The notes beneath the pieces were generated by a model that was not told the DNA's origin, searched no databases, and was given only the letters and a program-made list of their open reading frames with translations. Positions 34,442 to 46,711 of a stretch of DNA of 64,000 nucleotides are shown one piece after another (the stretch's first letter is position 1; each line of letters starts with the position of its first letter). Origin of the DNA: Cyanophora paradoxa CCMP329 (Eukaryota; Plantae; Glaucophyta); the NCBI GenBank assembly GCA_004431415.1, contig QPMI01000298.1, positions 1 to 64,000 on the forward strand. Reading direction: 5' to 3'. Both the position numbers and the translations under genes were made by a program.

Positions 34442-34927
34442 ATGAGCAAGAATACAAATCAGAGCCGACCGGCGCCGGAGGACGATCGGCCCCGATCGGA
34501 CTCGGTCGCAAGCGAGGACTCGCTCTGTGAGCCGCCCAATCGTTGCAAGCTTCCCGCCAATCTCATGCTCCTTGGGACGCAGATGACTGGGCGGCGAACG
34601 TCTACAAGCAGGTGCACGACTCAACGGAGGAGCACCTCCACAGCTGGAAGGAGTCGGCCGATCCGTATATCAAACGTGCAGAAGAGTATGGATCGACCAC
34701 AATAAAAATGGCGGAGGAGTACGCGGCAATGGCGACTTCCTCCCTCAAGTCCCTCATGCCAGAGCGGAGCCCGGAACCGAAAGCGCGGACCGGGGAAGTG
34801 TACGGGTCCGCCGCTTTTCGTTTCGGGGACGTGGAATGCGCCTGACAGACTGCACGGCAGCATCGGCGACCTGGACGACCTGGAGCCCGAGCCCGAGGAG
34901 AGCTCGCTGACGAAGCCCTCCGAGTGA
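34442..34927 (+). CDS. Small hypothetical protein, about 3 exons
   Basis: MSKNTNQSRP...; DWAANVYKQVHDSTEEHLHSWKESADPYIKRAEEYG...; IGDLDDLEPEPEESSLTKPSE-TGA, joined by GT-AG introns. Confidence 0.5.
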
Positions 34928-35245
34928 GCTCCTCCGGACGAGATCGCTATCTTAACTAGTAGCCGGGCCCCCGTGCCCGCGGAGCTCCTTGTACTATATT
35001 CGCAGGCTGGAGCAGGCTAGCGCTTTTGTGGGATCGGGGGTTCGTAGATAGGCGGGAACTAGCTATAGCTATAGTCTTCAACTAGACGACTTCGGATTTC
35101 AGTGCTAGCGCTAGCGCTAGGAGAATGCTTGTACTCTGCACTTTCTCAACTCTCGAGAGTCCAATTGCAAACCATCACTCTCAGCTCCTGACCTCGTATG
35201 CGAGGGGAGGGGACGGGCGGCGGCAACGGGCCGGCGGGGGCGCGT

Positions 35246-36615
35246 CTAGGAGAGCATGTTCTTGATGAACTGGTTGGTGGGGCGGGGCTTGGCCTTGAAG
35301 AGGGAGGCGTACGTGGCGCTCGTCTTCGCCTTCTCCTCCACCCGCTTCGCCGCGTCCGCCAGCTTCCGCCCGATCTCGTCCACCCGCTTCGCCGGCGGCG
35401 ACGACCCTGCCGCCCCGTCGCGCCCCGCACCGGGGACCCGGGAAATGCGCCGCACCTTCGGCCCGCCCGGCGACCGCCCCCTCCGCCTTCCGCTTCTTCT
35501 CCCCGCCCTCTGCACGGGGCATCAACTCGAGGCAGCAAGGCTTCCAAACCGCACGCAGAGCTCGCCTTTCGCTATCGCTGCGCCGGCCTCTTTGCTTGAC
35601 TCTCCCTCGGCCGCTCCGCTCGCTGCGGCTTTCTGCGCACTCCGGTCAGACGGTAAAAGCAGAAGCGCTGCGGGCCAAAGGGGGGACGCGCCTCGGCGGC
35701 CTTGGCGGCCTTTTCTGCGGCGAACTTCTGTTCGCAGATTTGGCGCAGATTCTCCATCTCCTCCTTGGTCCCGTTGACGGGCACGACGTCGTCGTCCGTG
35801 AAGGGTGTTTCGCAAACCTGCGGCCCGCTACGCTCGCGCCGCGCGGATGAGCAGATAACATGCGCCGCACCTGGCACTTCGAGGAAGGAATTTCTTTCAT
35901 CGCGCGCTCTGCTATCACGTGGCCGCACGTCCAAAGAATATTGAACCTTGAAGGAGATTTACGAAATTAAAGGCTGAAGCGCGAGGCGGCGGCCAGGGAG
36001 CTATCCACAGCTGCTCACCGGTGCGCGCCGTTCAATTCAAGGAGCGTGATGGGGCAGATGTACTGTGAGATGTGCGCCCCGTCCTTGAGGTGCTTCTCGT
36101 CGAACTTCGGGTTGGGCGTCAGCTTGCACTGCATCAGATCCTGCTTATGGCCGAGCTGGTAAGCTCACAAACACAACTGCAAGCGTGAAAGGAGCGGCGC
36201 CGCGCCGAGCACCTTCATCTTCCGGACGTGGCGGAAGCCAGCCGGCATCTTTTTGTCGAGTAGGCACTGAAGGACGGCATCTTTGTTGTATAACATGCCG
36301 ACTCTACATGCTACTATTGGTTCTACCAGCGGCTTTTCACTGCGGCGCAGGAACGAAGCGCAAAAACGCATGTGAGCGAGCCTCGGGCGCCGCGGCGCCG
36401 CGGGAGAGCGGGGAGGCACACCTGATGGCGCAGGTCGTGTAACGAACGTAGTTGATCTCGGCTTCCGCTGTCTTCGTGACTTTAGCGACGGCACGCTTGT
36501 TGAGCTGCCCGCCCTGCGGAAGGAACCTCGGGTTGACCGCGCACGTGCCTCCGTCGCCACCCTGCGTGCAGTGAGCGATCCCAGGGTCCAGAGCGCCGCA
36601 GGAAGACCGCACCAT
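35246..36615 (-). CDS. RTF2: Replication termination factor 2 (RING-like), multi-exon
   Basis: M/GGDGG; TCAIS.KPLVEPIVACRVGMLYNKDAVLQCLL; FRHVRKMKDL; YICPIT..ELNG; LWTCGHV.AERAMKEI; CQVCETPFTDDDVVPVNG. Confidence 0.88.
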
Positions 36616-36683
36616 GTTCTTTTTTCCTCAGGGGGTACTGCGGTCAGTGGAGCAGAGTCGCGCGGCGAAGGTCAAGCGGAGCA

Positions 36684-38073
36684 ATGGATCCAAACGCAAT
36701 TTGGGCCACGAATCTGGTGGTCGCCGCCACAGAGACGGCGAGGTTCGCCCGCCGTGGCGAGCCAGCCCGCCAAAACATGCAGGACTGACCGCCGCGAGCA
36801 GCGCGTCAGAGAAGGAGAAGATGTTCCAGCTCGTGCGTGATCCGCCGAATTCGCCCCCCAACCTGGCCGCGAGCTGTGCCTAGATGAAGATTGCTGACGG
36901 CTGGGCCGTGCAGGTGCTGGAGCTAATCAACCCCGAACAGCGAGAGAGCGCTCTCTTGGAGCTTAGCAAGAAGCGCGAAGCATTCCCAGACCTCGCACCA
37001 ATATTGTGGCATTCGTTCGGCACCATCGCGGCCCTGCTGCAGGAGGTTCGCCCGCCGCGGCGCTGCCGAAGCTTCGCAATGATTCACCGGAATGCAGATC
37101 GTGTCCATCTACCCGCTCCTGTCACCCCCGGCGCTCACCGCCCACGCCTCGAACCGAGTGTGCAACGCGCTCGCACTCCTTCAGTGCGTCGCGTCGCACC
37201 CGGAGACCCGGACGCTGTTCCTCAACGGTATGCCCTCCCGCCCGCCGCCCGCATTCGCGCGGCCGGCCGAGCCGCGGCGCCCGCAGCGCACATCCCCCTC
37301 TTCCTCTACCCCTTCCTGAACACCGTCAGCAAGACGCGGCCGTTCGAGTACCTGCGATTGACGAGCCTGGGCGTCATCGGGGCGCTTGTGAAGGTGCGGG
37401 GTGGGCGGGGCGGGCGGTGCGTGGGCGGGCGGGGCCCGACGGGTGGGCCCCCCGGGGGGGGGCAGATGGACGACTCGGACGTGATCAACTTCCTGCTGTC
37501 GACGGAGATCATCCCGCTGTGCCTGCGGATCATGGAGACCGGGTCGGAGCTCTCCAAGACCGTCGCCACCTTCATCGTCCAGAAGATCCTCCTCGACGAG
37601 GCCCGCCGCGCCCCGCCGCGCCCCCCGCCCTCCCGCCGCCGAGCCCTCGAGCAGGTCGGCCTCTCGTACATCTGCGCGACGGCGGAGCGCTTCTACGCCG
37701 TCTCCACAGTCCTCTCCAACATGGTCCTCTCCCTCATCGAGCAGGCCCGCCCCGCCCCGCCCCACCCCGCCCCGCCCCGCCCCGCCCCGCCCGTGCTCAC
37801 GCGCGTCGTGCAGCCCTCGGTGCGGCTCCTGAAGCACATCGTCCGCTGCTACCTCAGGCTCTCGGACAACCCTCGGTGCGCTGCGCCGCCCCGCCCTGGG
37901 CGCCGCGCGGGGCGGGGTGAGCGGGGGCGGGCAGGGCGCGGGAGGCGCTGCGGCAGTGCCTGCCGGAGTCGCTGCGGGACAGCACGTTCGGGGGCGCGCT
38001 GAAGGACGACCCGACCACCAAGCGCTGGCTCACCACCCTCCTCTTCAACCTCGGCGACTCCCCCGCCCTCTGA
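36684..38073 (+). CDS. CNOT9: CCR4-NOT complex subunit 9 (Rcd1/Caf40), 9 exons
   Basis: Near-canonical sequence: [121 protein letters not shown]. Confidence 0.97.
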
Positions 38074-38366
38074 CCCCCCCCGCCCCCGCCCCGCCCCCGT
38101 CCCCTCCCCCTCCCACGCCTCCGCAACCGCCGCCCGCCGCCACGGCCGTTCCGTCTCACCCCCGCCCCGCCTCCGCCCCGCTCGCTTCCACGCGACGAAG
38201 TCGAAATCTCACACGAGGTGTGCGAGGGCGTTCCACGAAGGGTGGGGAGGGGCGGGCGGGGCCAAGGCATCGGTCCCGCGGAGAGCGGAGAGGAAGGGTA
38301 ACGATAGATGGGGTGGCGAGGAGATTGGCGTGGGGACGATGGGGCGAAGGAGTCCAGGGTGCGATG

Positions 38367-39317
38367 TCATTCGAACGCCGTTTGCTCGCCCACCGCGTTC
38401 GCGTCTGCGAAGCGCGCCGGTGAGACCGGCGTGCGCGGGCGGGGCGGGGCGGGGCGGGGGCACAAGGGAGGGGCCGCTCGGCGGCGAGGGCGTTGAGGTT
38501 CGCCTCGATGACGGCGCGCGGCATCTTGCCGATGGCGTGCCCCAGGTCCTTCCCCGCCCCGCTCAGGAACTCGAAGTGCGGGATCCCGTCCACGTCGTAC
38601 CTGCCCCACGCCCCCAGCCCTCAGCCGCTGGAGACCCCGCGGGGGGCGGCGGCGGGGGGCCGGGGCGCGCTTGTCGATCTCGGCGAAGGTCTGCGGGCTG
38701 TCGACGTTCAGCATGACGAAGTTGACCTGCGCGGGCGGGGTTGAGGTGCCGCTGGCGCAGCCGCGGGGCGGGCGGGCGCCGCCGGGCCTTGTCGCCGAAC
38801 TTGTCCTCGAGGGCCAGCACGTCGGGGACCATCGCCTTGCACCCGTCGCACCAGTTCGCGTAGAACTCCAGCACCGTCGGCTTGCCGTTCCCCAGCGCCG
38901 CCTCTATGGCCACCGAGCGCTCCGCCAGCGTCCTGCGAGCGCCATCGGCCGCCCGGCGACGCCGCGCCCGAGTCGGAGCGCTGCGTACTTAAGGGTGGGC
39001 GCGTTCCCCGACGGGTTGCTCGCGGCGACGCCGACGACAACTGCCGCCACCGTGGCTAGCGCCGCGATGAGCGGGCCCTTGCTCGCCTCGCCCTGCACGT
39101 GCGAATCAAGTGGGAAGACGGCCCGCCTCCGCGGGGCGCGTGGCGGACAGACCTCGGCGGCAGCGACGAAGAACGGCTGCGCGCGGCTGCTGCGATCGGC
39201 CTGCGCTGCTCTGGGCCGCCGACGCTGGGCTTGCGCCGGCCTCGCCAGGAACGCGCTCTGCAGAGGAGCTGGCCGCCTTAGCGACGTGAAAGGAGAGAGA
39301 GCGACGCTGAAAGCCAT
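38367..39317 (-). CDS. HCF164: Thylakoid thioredoxin-like protein (HCF164/TxlA family), plastid-targeted
   Basis: Transit peptide MAFSVALSPF...; TM anchor LIAALATVAAVVVGVAA; GKPTVLEFYANWCDGCKAM; VNFVMLNVD; YDVDGIPHFEFL; GKMPRAVIEANLNAL. Confidence 0.8.
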
Positions 39318-39549
39318 CCCAAGATCACTGGTAGCGCCCGCCTCAAGTCTGCTTTGCAGAACGTGTACCCGATCTGAAGGCTTCGACGACGTAACAGCCG
39401 CTTCGTCGTGTTCGGCGCCAAGCTAATTGAGCATTGCTACGAACGACAGGCAGTCTGCGACCGCACGCGCCCAGCCTCCTGTTCACGCCGGTCGCTCCGA
39501 GCGCCTGCTTCGCGCAGTATTCGTGTATAGGAGAGATACGTCACTCTCG

Positions 39550-40311
39550 ATGAACGACCTCCTCGCTTTCCTGTCGCAAGCGGCAAAGGAGCTCGATCTG
39601 AACGGAGACGCGGATGTGCAGGGCAAGCTTGCAGAGCTGCAGAGCGTCCTGTCGAACCGCGTGCGCGATCCCCGGGCGGTCCTCGGCAAGCGCGCCCTCA
39701 CGTCTACGCTGCGCGATTCTCCGCAGGACGATGCTGTGCGGCAGGGCAGCAGGAGGCTCGCGCGCTCGTGGAATCAGCCGGCATCGGCGGCGCCAGTCGA
39801 TGCCCAATTCGAGGAGAATCTGCTGAGCGAGGCTCGCCGCCGCCGCCGCCCGCCCCTGCGCGCTCCGCCGGATCGAACCGCGCGTCAGATCGAGAGCGGA
39901 CTGTCGAAGGTGGAGGACATGCTGAAGGAGGACGCGGCGCAGCAGCGGCGAGCGAAGGGCAAGACGCCGGCGCAGCTGCGGCGAGCCGAGGCGCGGCGCA
40001 AGGCGAAGGACAGCGACGTCCCCGGCCCTGCCGAGGAGGCCCAGCCCGGCGGGGCGGCGTCGGCGTCGGCGTCGGCTGCGACAGCGGCGGCGGCGGAGGA
40101 GGGAGGCTCGGGCGCACGGGAGGGCGGAGAGGGGCGGGGCGGGGAGGGGATGGAGGAGGAGGGGGCGGAGGGAGTGGAGGCGGGCCCCGCGGCCGGCTTC
40201 CTCTCCGCCACAGCGTCCCTCTGGGTTCCCGCCGTCATCGGCAACGGCCCCGCCGGCTCCACCGCCCAGGGCCCCCCGGGACCCATTGCAGAGGCCGCCT
40301 CCGAAGACTGA
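39550..40311 (+). CDS. Hypothetical protein (coiled-coil N-terminus, low-complexity C-terminus)
   Basis: MNDLLAFLSQAAKELDL...; open frame with two in-frame intron-like segments; divergent from HCF164. Confidence 0.5.
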   Translation: MNDLLAFLSQAAKELDLNGDADVQGKLAELQSVLSNRVRDPRAVLGKRALTSTLRDSPQDDAVRQGSRRLARSWNQPASAAPVDAQFEENLLSEARRRRRPPLRAPPDRTARQIESGLSKVEDMLKEDAAQQRRAKGKTPAQLRRAEARRKAKDSDVPGPAEEAQPGGAASASASAATAAAAEEGGSGAREGGEGRGGEGMEEEGAEGVEAGPAAGFLSATASLWVPAVIGNGPAGSTAQGPPGPIAEAASED

Positions 40312-40457
40312 GATCGTGCGCATGCGGCATTGAAGCTGAGGCGAAATCCAGGCGGGCAGGACGAAGAGGGAGGCATGGGCCGAAGGAGGCGGGGGGGGAG
40401 GGGGGGGAAGGGGAGAGGGGGGGAAGGTGGAGGGGGGGGGGATACAAGCTCTAGCAT

Positions 40458-43148
40458 CTAGGATGACGAAATAACAGAATAGGCCTCGGGGAAAACGAAG
40501 TAGTACATCAACGTCTGCGCGAGGAGAGGGGACAAATCAGTGAAGCTCGCGATCGAGGCGAAGACAGGAGGGAAGTGTGAAGCTTAGGAGGACCTTGCGG
40601 TTCAAAAAAAAGGCTGCCGTGTGAGTCGCCGTGCAGAATGTAAAGCCGAGTGTTTTCGCGTGCTCCCTGCAGGCCGGTGTGGGCGTCGGTGGGGGCGGGA
40701 GGGGCGCCGGGGGGGCGGAGAGGGGCGGGAGACCGGAGGAAGCGCCAGGAGGGGGCGAGGCCGAGGTGGTCGCGGAGGCCGGGGAAGAAGGAGGCGGCGA
40801 AGGAGAGCGCGGCGACGACCGCCGCCGTCACCCCCGCCGTCAGCAGCGAGAAGAAGATCGCCGAGGCGCAGTCCGCCTCGCTGAAGACCGCCGGGGAGTA
40901 GGGGTAGATCTCGGACGCGGGGCCCCAGCGCGCCTGGAGGAACCCTCGCGTTCGGCTCGAGGTGTGTGAGATGCGCTCGGCGTCTCGCACCACGACCACA
41001 GCTGAGACGAAGATCGCCGAGGCGGCCCACGTGACCACGGCATACCAGAGCAGCATCGTCCTGATGTGAAACGAAATCAGCAACTGAGAGATGCAAGCGG
41101 CCCTGCAAGCGGCCCTGCAAGGCCGGCCGCGGCGGACCGAATGCCGTGCTGCACGTTGTAAACCTGCCCGGGGATCGGGGTGATCATGAGGGCCGGAGTG
41201 GAGAGGGAGGAGGCGAGGGGCGAGGCGGGCGGACCCAGAGGTTCTCGTCGGAAGGAGACGACGGGTGCAGATCGGGGTCGGTGTCGGGGTCGGGGGCGGG
41301 CGCGGGGGGCACGGGGGGCGCCTTGTCGAGGCTTGGAGGGGGAGGGGCGTGGGGGCCCTCCCGAAGGGCCCCGGGGCGCGGGCTCGTCGACGGCTCGTCG
41401 AGCGCTTCCACGAGCACCGAATCCCGCGCCCCCGCAGGCGCCTGAGGGAAGACGCCGGCCGCACGCTTGCCCCCGCCCCCGCCCGCCTCGTCGTGAGGAA
41501 TGACAAGGGCGCAGGAATCGACGCCGGCTCGGGAGGGCCGCCTCGGGCCCGCCAGAGAAGAGTGCGCCGGGGCGGGGATGACCTCCAGAGACGCGGAAGG
41601 CGGGGCGGCCGGCGCGGGCTCGGCGTGGGGGCCGCCTTGGGGGGCCGCGGCGGGGGGCCCGAAGACGGAGCCGGAGCGGGCGCGGAGCCAGAGGACGGCG
41701 CGGCGGGCGAAGGGGCGGGCGAAGCGGCGGAGGAGGAGGGAGGAGGGGAGGAGCAGGGCGAGGAGGTCCGTGGCGAGGCCGGCGAGGTAGACCCACACCG
41801 ACTGCACCCGGAAGAAGGCCAGCTGCCGGAAGACGCGCGAGAGCAGCCTGCGCTCGCCTCACCGCAGCGCAGCGGCGCGCCGCGGGCGAGGGCGGGGGCG
41901 AGGGGGCGCACAGCATGCTGACGACGTGGATGCCGGCGGCGTCGCCGTGCGGGAGGCTGGCGAGCAGGGAGCCCCCGAAGAGCCGCAGCTGCGCGAGCAG
42001 CACGAGGAAGGAGACCGACGACACGACGAGGTTGATCGCCACCTGCGCCCCGCGCCGGACTCGGCGACTTTCCACCCCGGGGAGGGGGGTGGGGGGAGGG
42101 ACCTGGAAGACGGGGGAGCGTAGAGCGGAGAAGAGGAAGAGGTAGCTCATCTGGAAGAAGAGGACGGAGATGTTGACGGCCTGCGGGGGGGCCCGGAGCT
42201 CTCAGCGGCTGCGCGATCGCGAGCGCGATCGCCAGCGGGGGCTCGCGCCTGGAACTTCCCCACGCCGGAGAAGGCGCGAGCGGGATCGCGGCCGGCAGGC
42301 ACGGCGTCGCCGGCTGCCGCGGCATCGCCGCCGGCGGCATCCGAGGCGCCGCTGGTGTAGACGCTCGAGGCGGGGGCGGTGGAGACGCGGCGGAAGATGA
42401 GGCGGGCGTGCGCGCGCGCGGCGAGCTGGTTCGCCGGTATGTAGAACGCCAGGATGCTCAGCGACCCGAACGGGATGCGAGAGACTGCCGCCGGCGCGTG
42501 GGCCGACGACGGGAGGGGAGAGCGGGGGGCGGGGCGGGGCGGCGCGCACGGTCGAGGGCGGCGTCGAGGGCGGCGAAGAGCAGAGCGGAGAGGACGATGA
42601 CGGAGGTCATGTACGAGGGGACCACTTTCCGGTGGGGGACCCGCAGCAGCGTCGCGAACCAGAGCGCCCCTGCTCGACGAGGAAAGGGTCGGAGAAGCTC
42701 TCCGCACTGCGGCAGCAGGGGGCGGCCCGCGCGCACCGTTGAGCCCGGCCCCGAAGGAGCTCATGACGCCGAGGACGAAGAAACGGGCGAAGCGATTGGA
42801 GATGGAGTGGTACGGGAGGGCGAACTGAAGGGCCGTGGAGAGGGCGGGGACGAGGAAGAGGAGGGCCAGGGCGCGGGCGTTCGCGAAGAAGCCGCGCCTG
42901 CCCCTGCGGGGCGACCCCTGCGCCATCTCCGTGGCGGCCGCCGGCCTGTACTCGAGGGCCTGCCGAGCGAAGCGCCACATGTACAGCGCGCGCAGCTCCG
43001 CCTCCGACTCCTCCGCCGCCGCCCGCTGCTCCCGCGGCCCCACCGCGGCGCGCGGCGCCTGCCGCTCCACGCGATCGCTAGTGGCCCGCCGTGCAGTGAC
43101 CCACGCGCGCTGCCCAGCTGCAGGGCGGCTGCTGGGCGATGCTGGCAT
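40458..43148 (-). CDS. Hypothetical multi-pass membrane protein, multi-exon
   Basis: Many hydrophobic segments (ALALLFLVPALSTALQF, YMTSVIVLSALLFAALD, VAINLVVSSVSFLVLLAQL, VWVYLAGLATDLLALLLP, MLLWYAVVTWAASAIFVSAVVVV, AIFFSLLTAGVTAAVVAALSF) linked by splice-compatible introns; family not recognised. Confidence 0.6.
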
Positions 43149-43938
43149 CGCCGCCGCGTCTTCGGCCGGCGCGAGCGACCCGAGGGCGGCTGAGGCGTGC
43201 ACGCGGCGGGCTGACGTCTGCAGAGCGGATCAGCCGCTAAAGACTGCACAGGGAATCAGCAGCTTCGCGCGTACCTCAGCATCGTGGACTGTGTGGAGCC
43301 GCCGGTTGTACAAACCGCCAGAGCCGCCGGCTGGATCGAAATCCGGATCATAGCTTCCCATCTCAGGACTAGGGGTCGCTTATCATGGCAAATGACGCCG
43401 CGGATCACTGGCTGCGGGGCCGGCGTTTCAGACGGCTGCTCTCGGACGCCGAGTATGCAGGCTTCTATGCTGTCTCTGAAGGGAACTACCACTGATCTGG
43501 CCGCGACCAACCTGCGCACGATAAATGCCGGCCGCGCACGTACTTCAATGTGCAGCGTACGCGTTCCGCGGCCGGCGCATCATGATCAAACCTGCATCAC
43601 CCCCCCTCTCCTCCCTCCCGCCCCAGAGTTCGCGTACCCCAACGGCCGGCCACCTGGCAAAAGAGAGCTCGAGGGGGATTGAAATTTGGATCCGCCGGCA
43701 CCCGGATCCCGCGCGATGTGCCTCCGCAGCAACTGATGCAGCCGCCGGGGATTCGTATGCGTACGATCACTCCCTAGCAAGGCAGAGAAAGAAAGCGGCG
43801 CCCGCGCAGCGCCAACGCGAGCTCGAGGCCCGGTGCATACGCAAGCAGCTTCGCCGCGGTGAAGGACTGCGCACGCGTACGAGTCTCGGGGGTGGCCCGG
43901 ATGGGGCGGGGATCGGGGGAGCTTCTGAAGCGCTGCAG

Positions 43939-44135
43939 GTCGGATCGTCCTCCTCGCCCTTTCGGAGATCTTCAAGGCGCAGCTGGTCGTGCACTTTGTG
44001 CGGCGCGGCGGCGGCTGGGACTCCCTCGTCGTCGACGCGAAGGACCCTCCGCCGGCCCCCGAGGAGGGGGAGGAGGGGGGGGAGAAGGCGAAGATGGAGA
44101 AGAAGAAGGGGAAGAAGGCGGGGGGGGAGAAGGCG
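43939..44135 (+). other. Isolated exon-like fragment, possible gene remnant
   Basis: Coding-like frame RIVLLALSEIFKAQLVVHFVRRGGGWDSLVVDAKDPP...KKAGGEK between a CAG acceptor and an AAG/GCGCGT donor-like site; no convincing neighbouring exons. Confidence 0.3.
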
Positions 44136-44341
44136 CGTCCCCCACGCACGTCCCGTGGCCGCGCCCGCGCCGACCTGATCGCTCCCTCCTGCAAAGAGGC
44201 CCGCGGCCGGTGCCGCAATTGCGGGCCCTCCTGCATGCTTGCCTCAATCTAGATCTGTGGCCAGTGGCTGAGATCAGATCGCAAACCCCAAGCGGGTACC
44301 TCGCGGGTCTTCTTGGCGGCCTCGGCGGCGGCGGCGGCCGC

Positions 44342-44424
44342 GGCGCGCTTGCGGCTGCAGCTGGCGGCGGCCTGGCGCGCTTGCGGCTGCAGCTGGCGGC
44401 GCGCTTGCGGCTGCAGCTGGCGGC
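44342..44424. repeat. Tandem repeat, about 24-bp unit x3
   Basis: GGCGCGCTTGCGGCTGCAGCTGGC occurs three times, with a short spacer after the first copy. Confidence 0.8.
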
Positions 44425-45013
44425 GGCTGGCGGGACCGCGTACCCCCCTTCAGCGGGCCCTGCCTGCGTTGCCCGCAGGCTTGTCGCCCCCGTAGGTGGC
44501 ACAGACCCAGCTCAAGCTCCTGCGTTGTCCGCAGCTAGCATGCCTGTGTTATCAATGCGCTTCTGAAGACAATATATGCGCTTAGCATCCCGCGAGGTCG
44601 TTCAGAGGGGAGGCTCCTCCGGCGCAGGTCTGCCGGCCGCGATCCTTCTCCCGCGGGCAGCGGCGCTCTGCTGACACGCGGGGGCGCACTGTCGCGCACA
44701 GCGCTCCGGGAGCTACCAGGGGCCCAGACCGCGCTGCCGCCGCCCCCGCCCCGGGCCGGCGCGCTCGAGGCTTCGGAGGTGCTGGCGAGGCTAGCGCTGC
44801 CGCGGCAACCGCCGCCTGCCCTTCAGCTTCCTTCGGGCCATCCGCCGCGCGCCCCAACGCTCCCAAGGCACAGCCAGCTCGTGCGTCCCCTCCCTGTGGC
44901 AGCCTGCAGAACTCTCCCGACGCCGCCCTGCGCAGGGGGCAGCGTCGAAGGCCGCCGCAGTGACGGCCACCCTAGCCCGCCCTAGGCCCTTCAGCGGGCC
45001 CTCGGCGCTCAGA

Positions 45014-46431
45014 ATGACTGTCGAGCGTCCCGCACTGGCCCCGCCCGCTCACATCGATGAGGTCGTCGCGTCGACGTCGAGCGTGCGGCCGGGGGCGGGC
45101 GCGCTTCTGGGGGTGCGGGGGTCGCTGACGGGGTCGGGGCGCAGGGGGCGGCGGGGGCGCTCTGCTCGGAGGCCTTCGAGGCGCTGGGGGTGCGGCGGGG
45201 CGAGGGCCCCGGCCTGTTCCTGGAGATGCTGGAGCTGCTGGCGCTGCCGGGGCGGCTGGGGCTGGAGCGGGGCCGGGTGCTGGCCTTCGCGGGGCGCGTG
45301 CTGGGGGCGTACAGCGAGGGGAACGCCTTCCACGGCCCCGCGCACGCCCTCGACGTCGCCCAGGCCACCTTCCTCATCCTCGCACGCATCCCCGTGCGCC
45401 CCGCCCCGCCCCGCCCCGGCGCTGCTCCCGGGGCGCTGGGCGAGGGGCGTCGGGGGCAGGAGGGGGGCCCCGGGGCGCCCGACGCCGTCGAGCGGGTCGC
45501 TCTTATGTGCGCCGCCCTCGCCCACGGTGCCCCCCGCCCCGCCCCCCGCCACCCGTCACGCGCCACCCGCCCCCGACCCGGGGCCTGCGGGGCTGGCAGA
45601 CGCGGGGCACCCGGGCCTCTCGAACTCTTTCCTCCAGCACGCGGGGGCGTGGCCGGCCGGCGGCGCCCCCTCGCCCCTCGAGCGCGCATCCGCCGCCCTC
45701 CTTCTCGCCGCCCTCGCAGACCCCGCGACCGACATCGCGGCGCCGCTCGCCCCCGCCGCGCGCGCGCGGCTCGCGACGGTGCGAGGGTTCCAGGGCGCAG
45801 CCCTCGCGGGCGGCGCAGCTGAGCGGGGCGCTCGCTCAGGTGGCGCGGGAGGCGGTGCTGGCGACGGACATCGCCCTCTCGGGGGAGTACCTCGCCGCCG
45901 TCCGCGCCCGCCTCGCCCCCTTTCCGCGCCGCCTCGCCCCGCACGAGCCCGGCGCCCGCCTCGATTACCTCGACGACCGCGTGCGCCCTCGCTTTCCCCC
46001 CCGCCGCGCCGCGCCGGGGCGCCGGCCGAGGGCGGCGGACGGGGTCGCAGACGCTGCTGTGCTGCCTGGTGCTGAAGTGCGCGGACCTGGTGAACGCGGC
46101 GCGCCCGTGGGAGTCCTCCCAGGCCTGGGCCGCCCGCGTGCAGGCCGAGTTCTACCGGCAGGGGGCCCTGGAGCGGGCGCTGGGCCTCTCGGAGACGCCC
46201 TGGTGCCAGGCCAACGGCGAGCGCGACGGCGGCGCCAGCGGCGTCCAGGCCCGCTTCGTCTCCTCCCTCTGCCTCCCCCTGTACGAGGCCCTCGCGGCGG
46301 CGGCCCCCGGGGCCGGGGGGGCGCTGCTGGGCAACGTGCGGGAGAACGGGGCGCGGTGGGCGCGCCTCCACGCCGCCGTCCTCGAGGGGGACGCCCTCGG
46401 CGCAGCGGCCCTCGCCGCCCCGGGGCCCTGA
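45014..46431 (+). CDS. Class I 3',5'-cyclic nucleotide phosphodiesterase catalytic domain protein (5' end uncertain)
   Basis: YSEGNAFHGPAHALDVAQ, AALAH/DAGHPGLSNSFL, VLATDI, LKCADLVNAARPW, AEFYRQGALER, VQARFV. Confidence 0.85.
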
Positions 46432-46711
46432 CCCCCGCCCCGGCCCCTCTCCTCCCAGACGCCCCCGCGCCCGCGTCAAGCGCCCTCCCCACAATTGCAA
46501 TGTCTTCACGCTTAAGCTCGACGTTTAGATATCCAGGACCGGTACTCGGTTTTTATTGAGCCTCTCGGGCCCCGGAACTTTGGAATAGTCAGTAGTTCCG
46601 ACAACCGTGAACTACATTCAGGCTTTTATGAATTTTGATTATTGCCTATCGTGTTTGATCCGTAGTCTGCTTGACTGGATTCAAGACTGTGCGCTTCGAA
46701 TTTTCGAAAGC

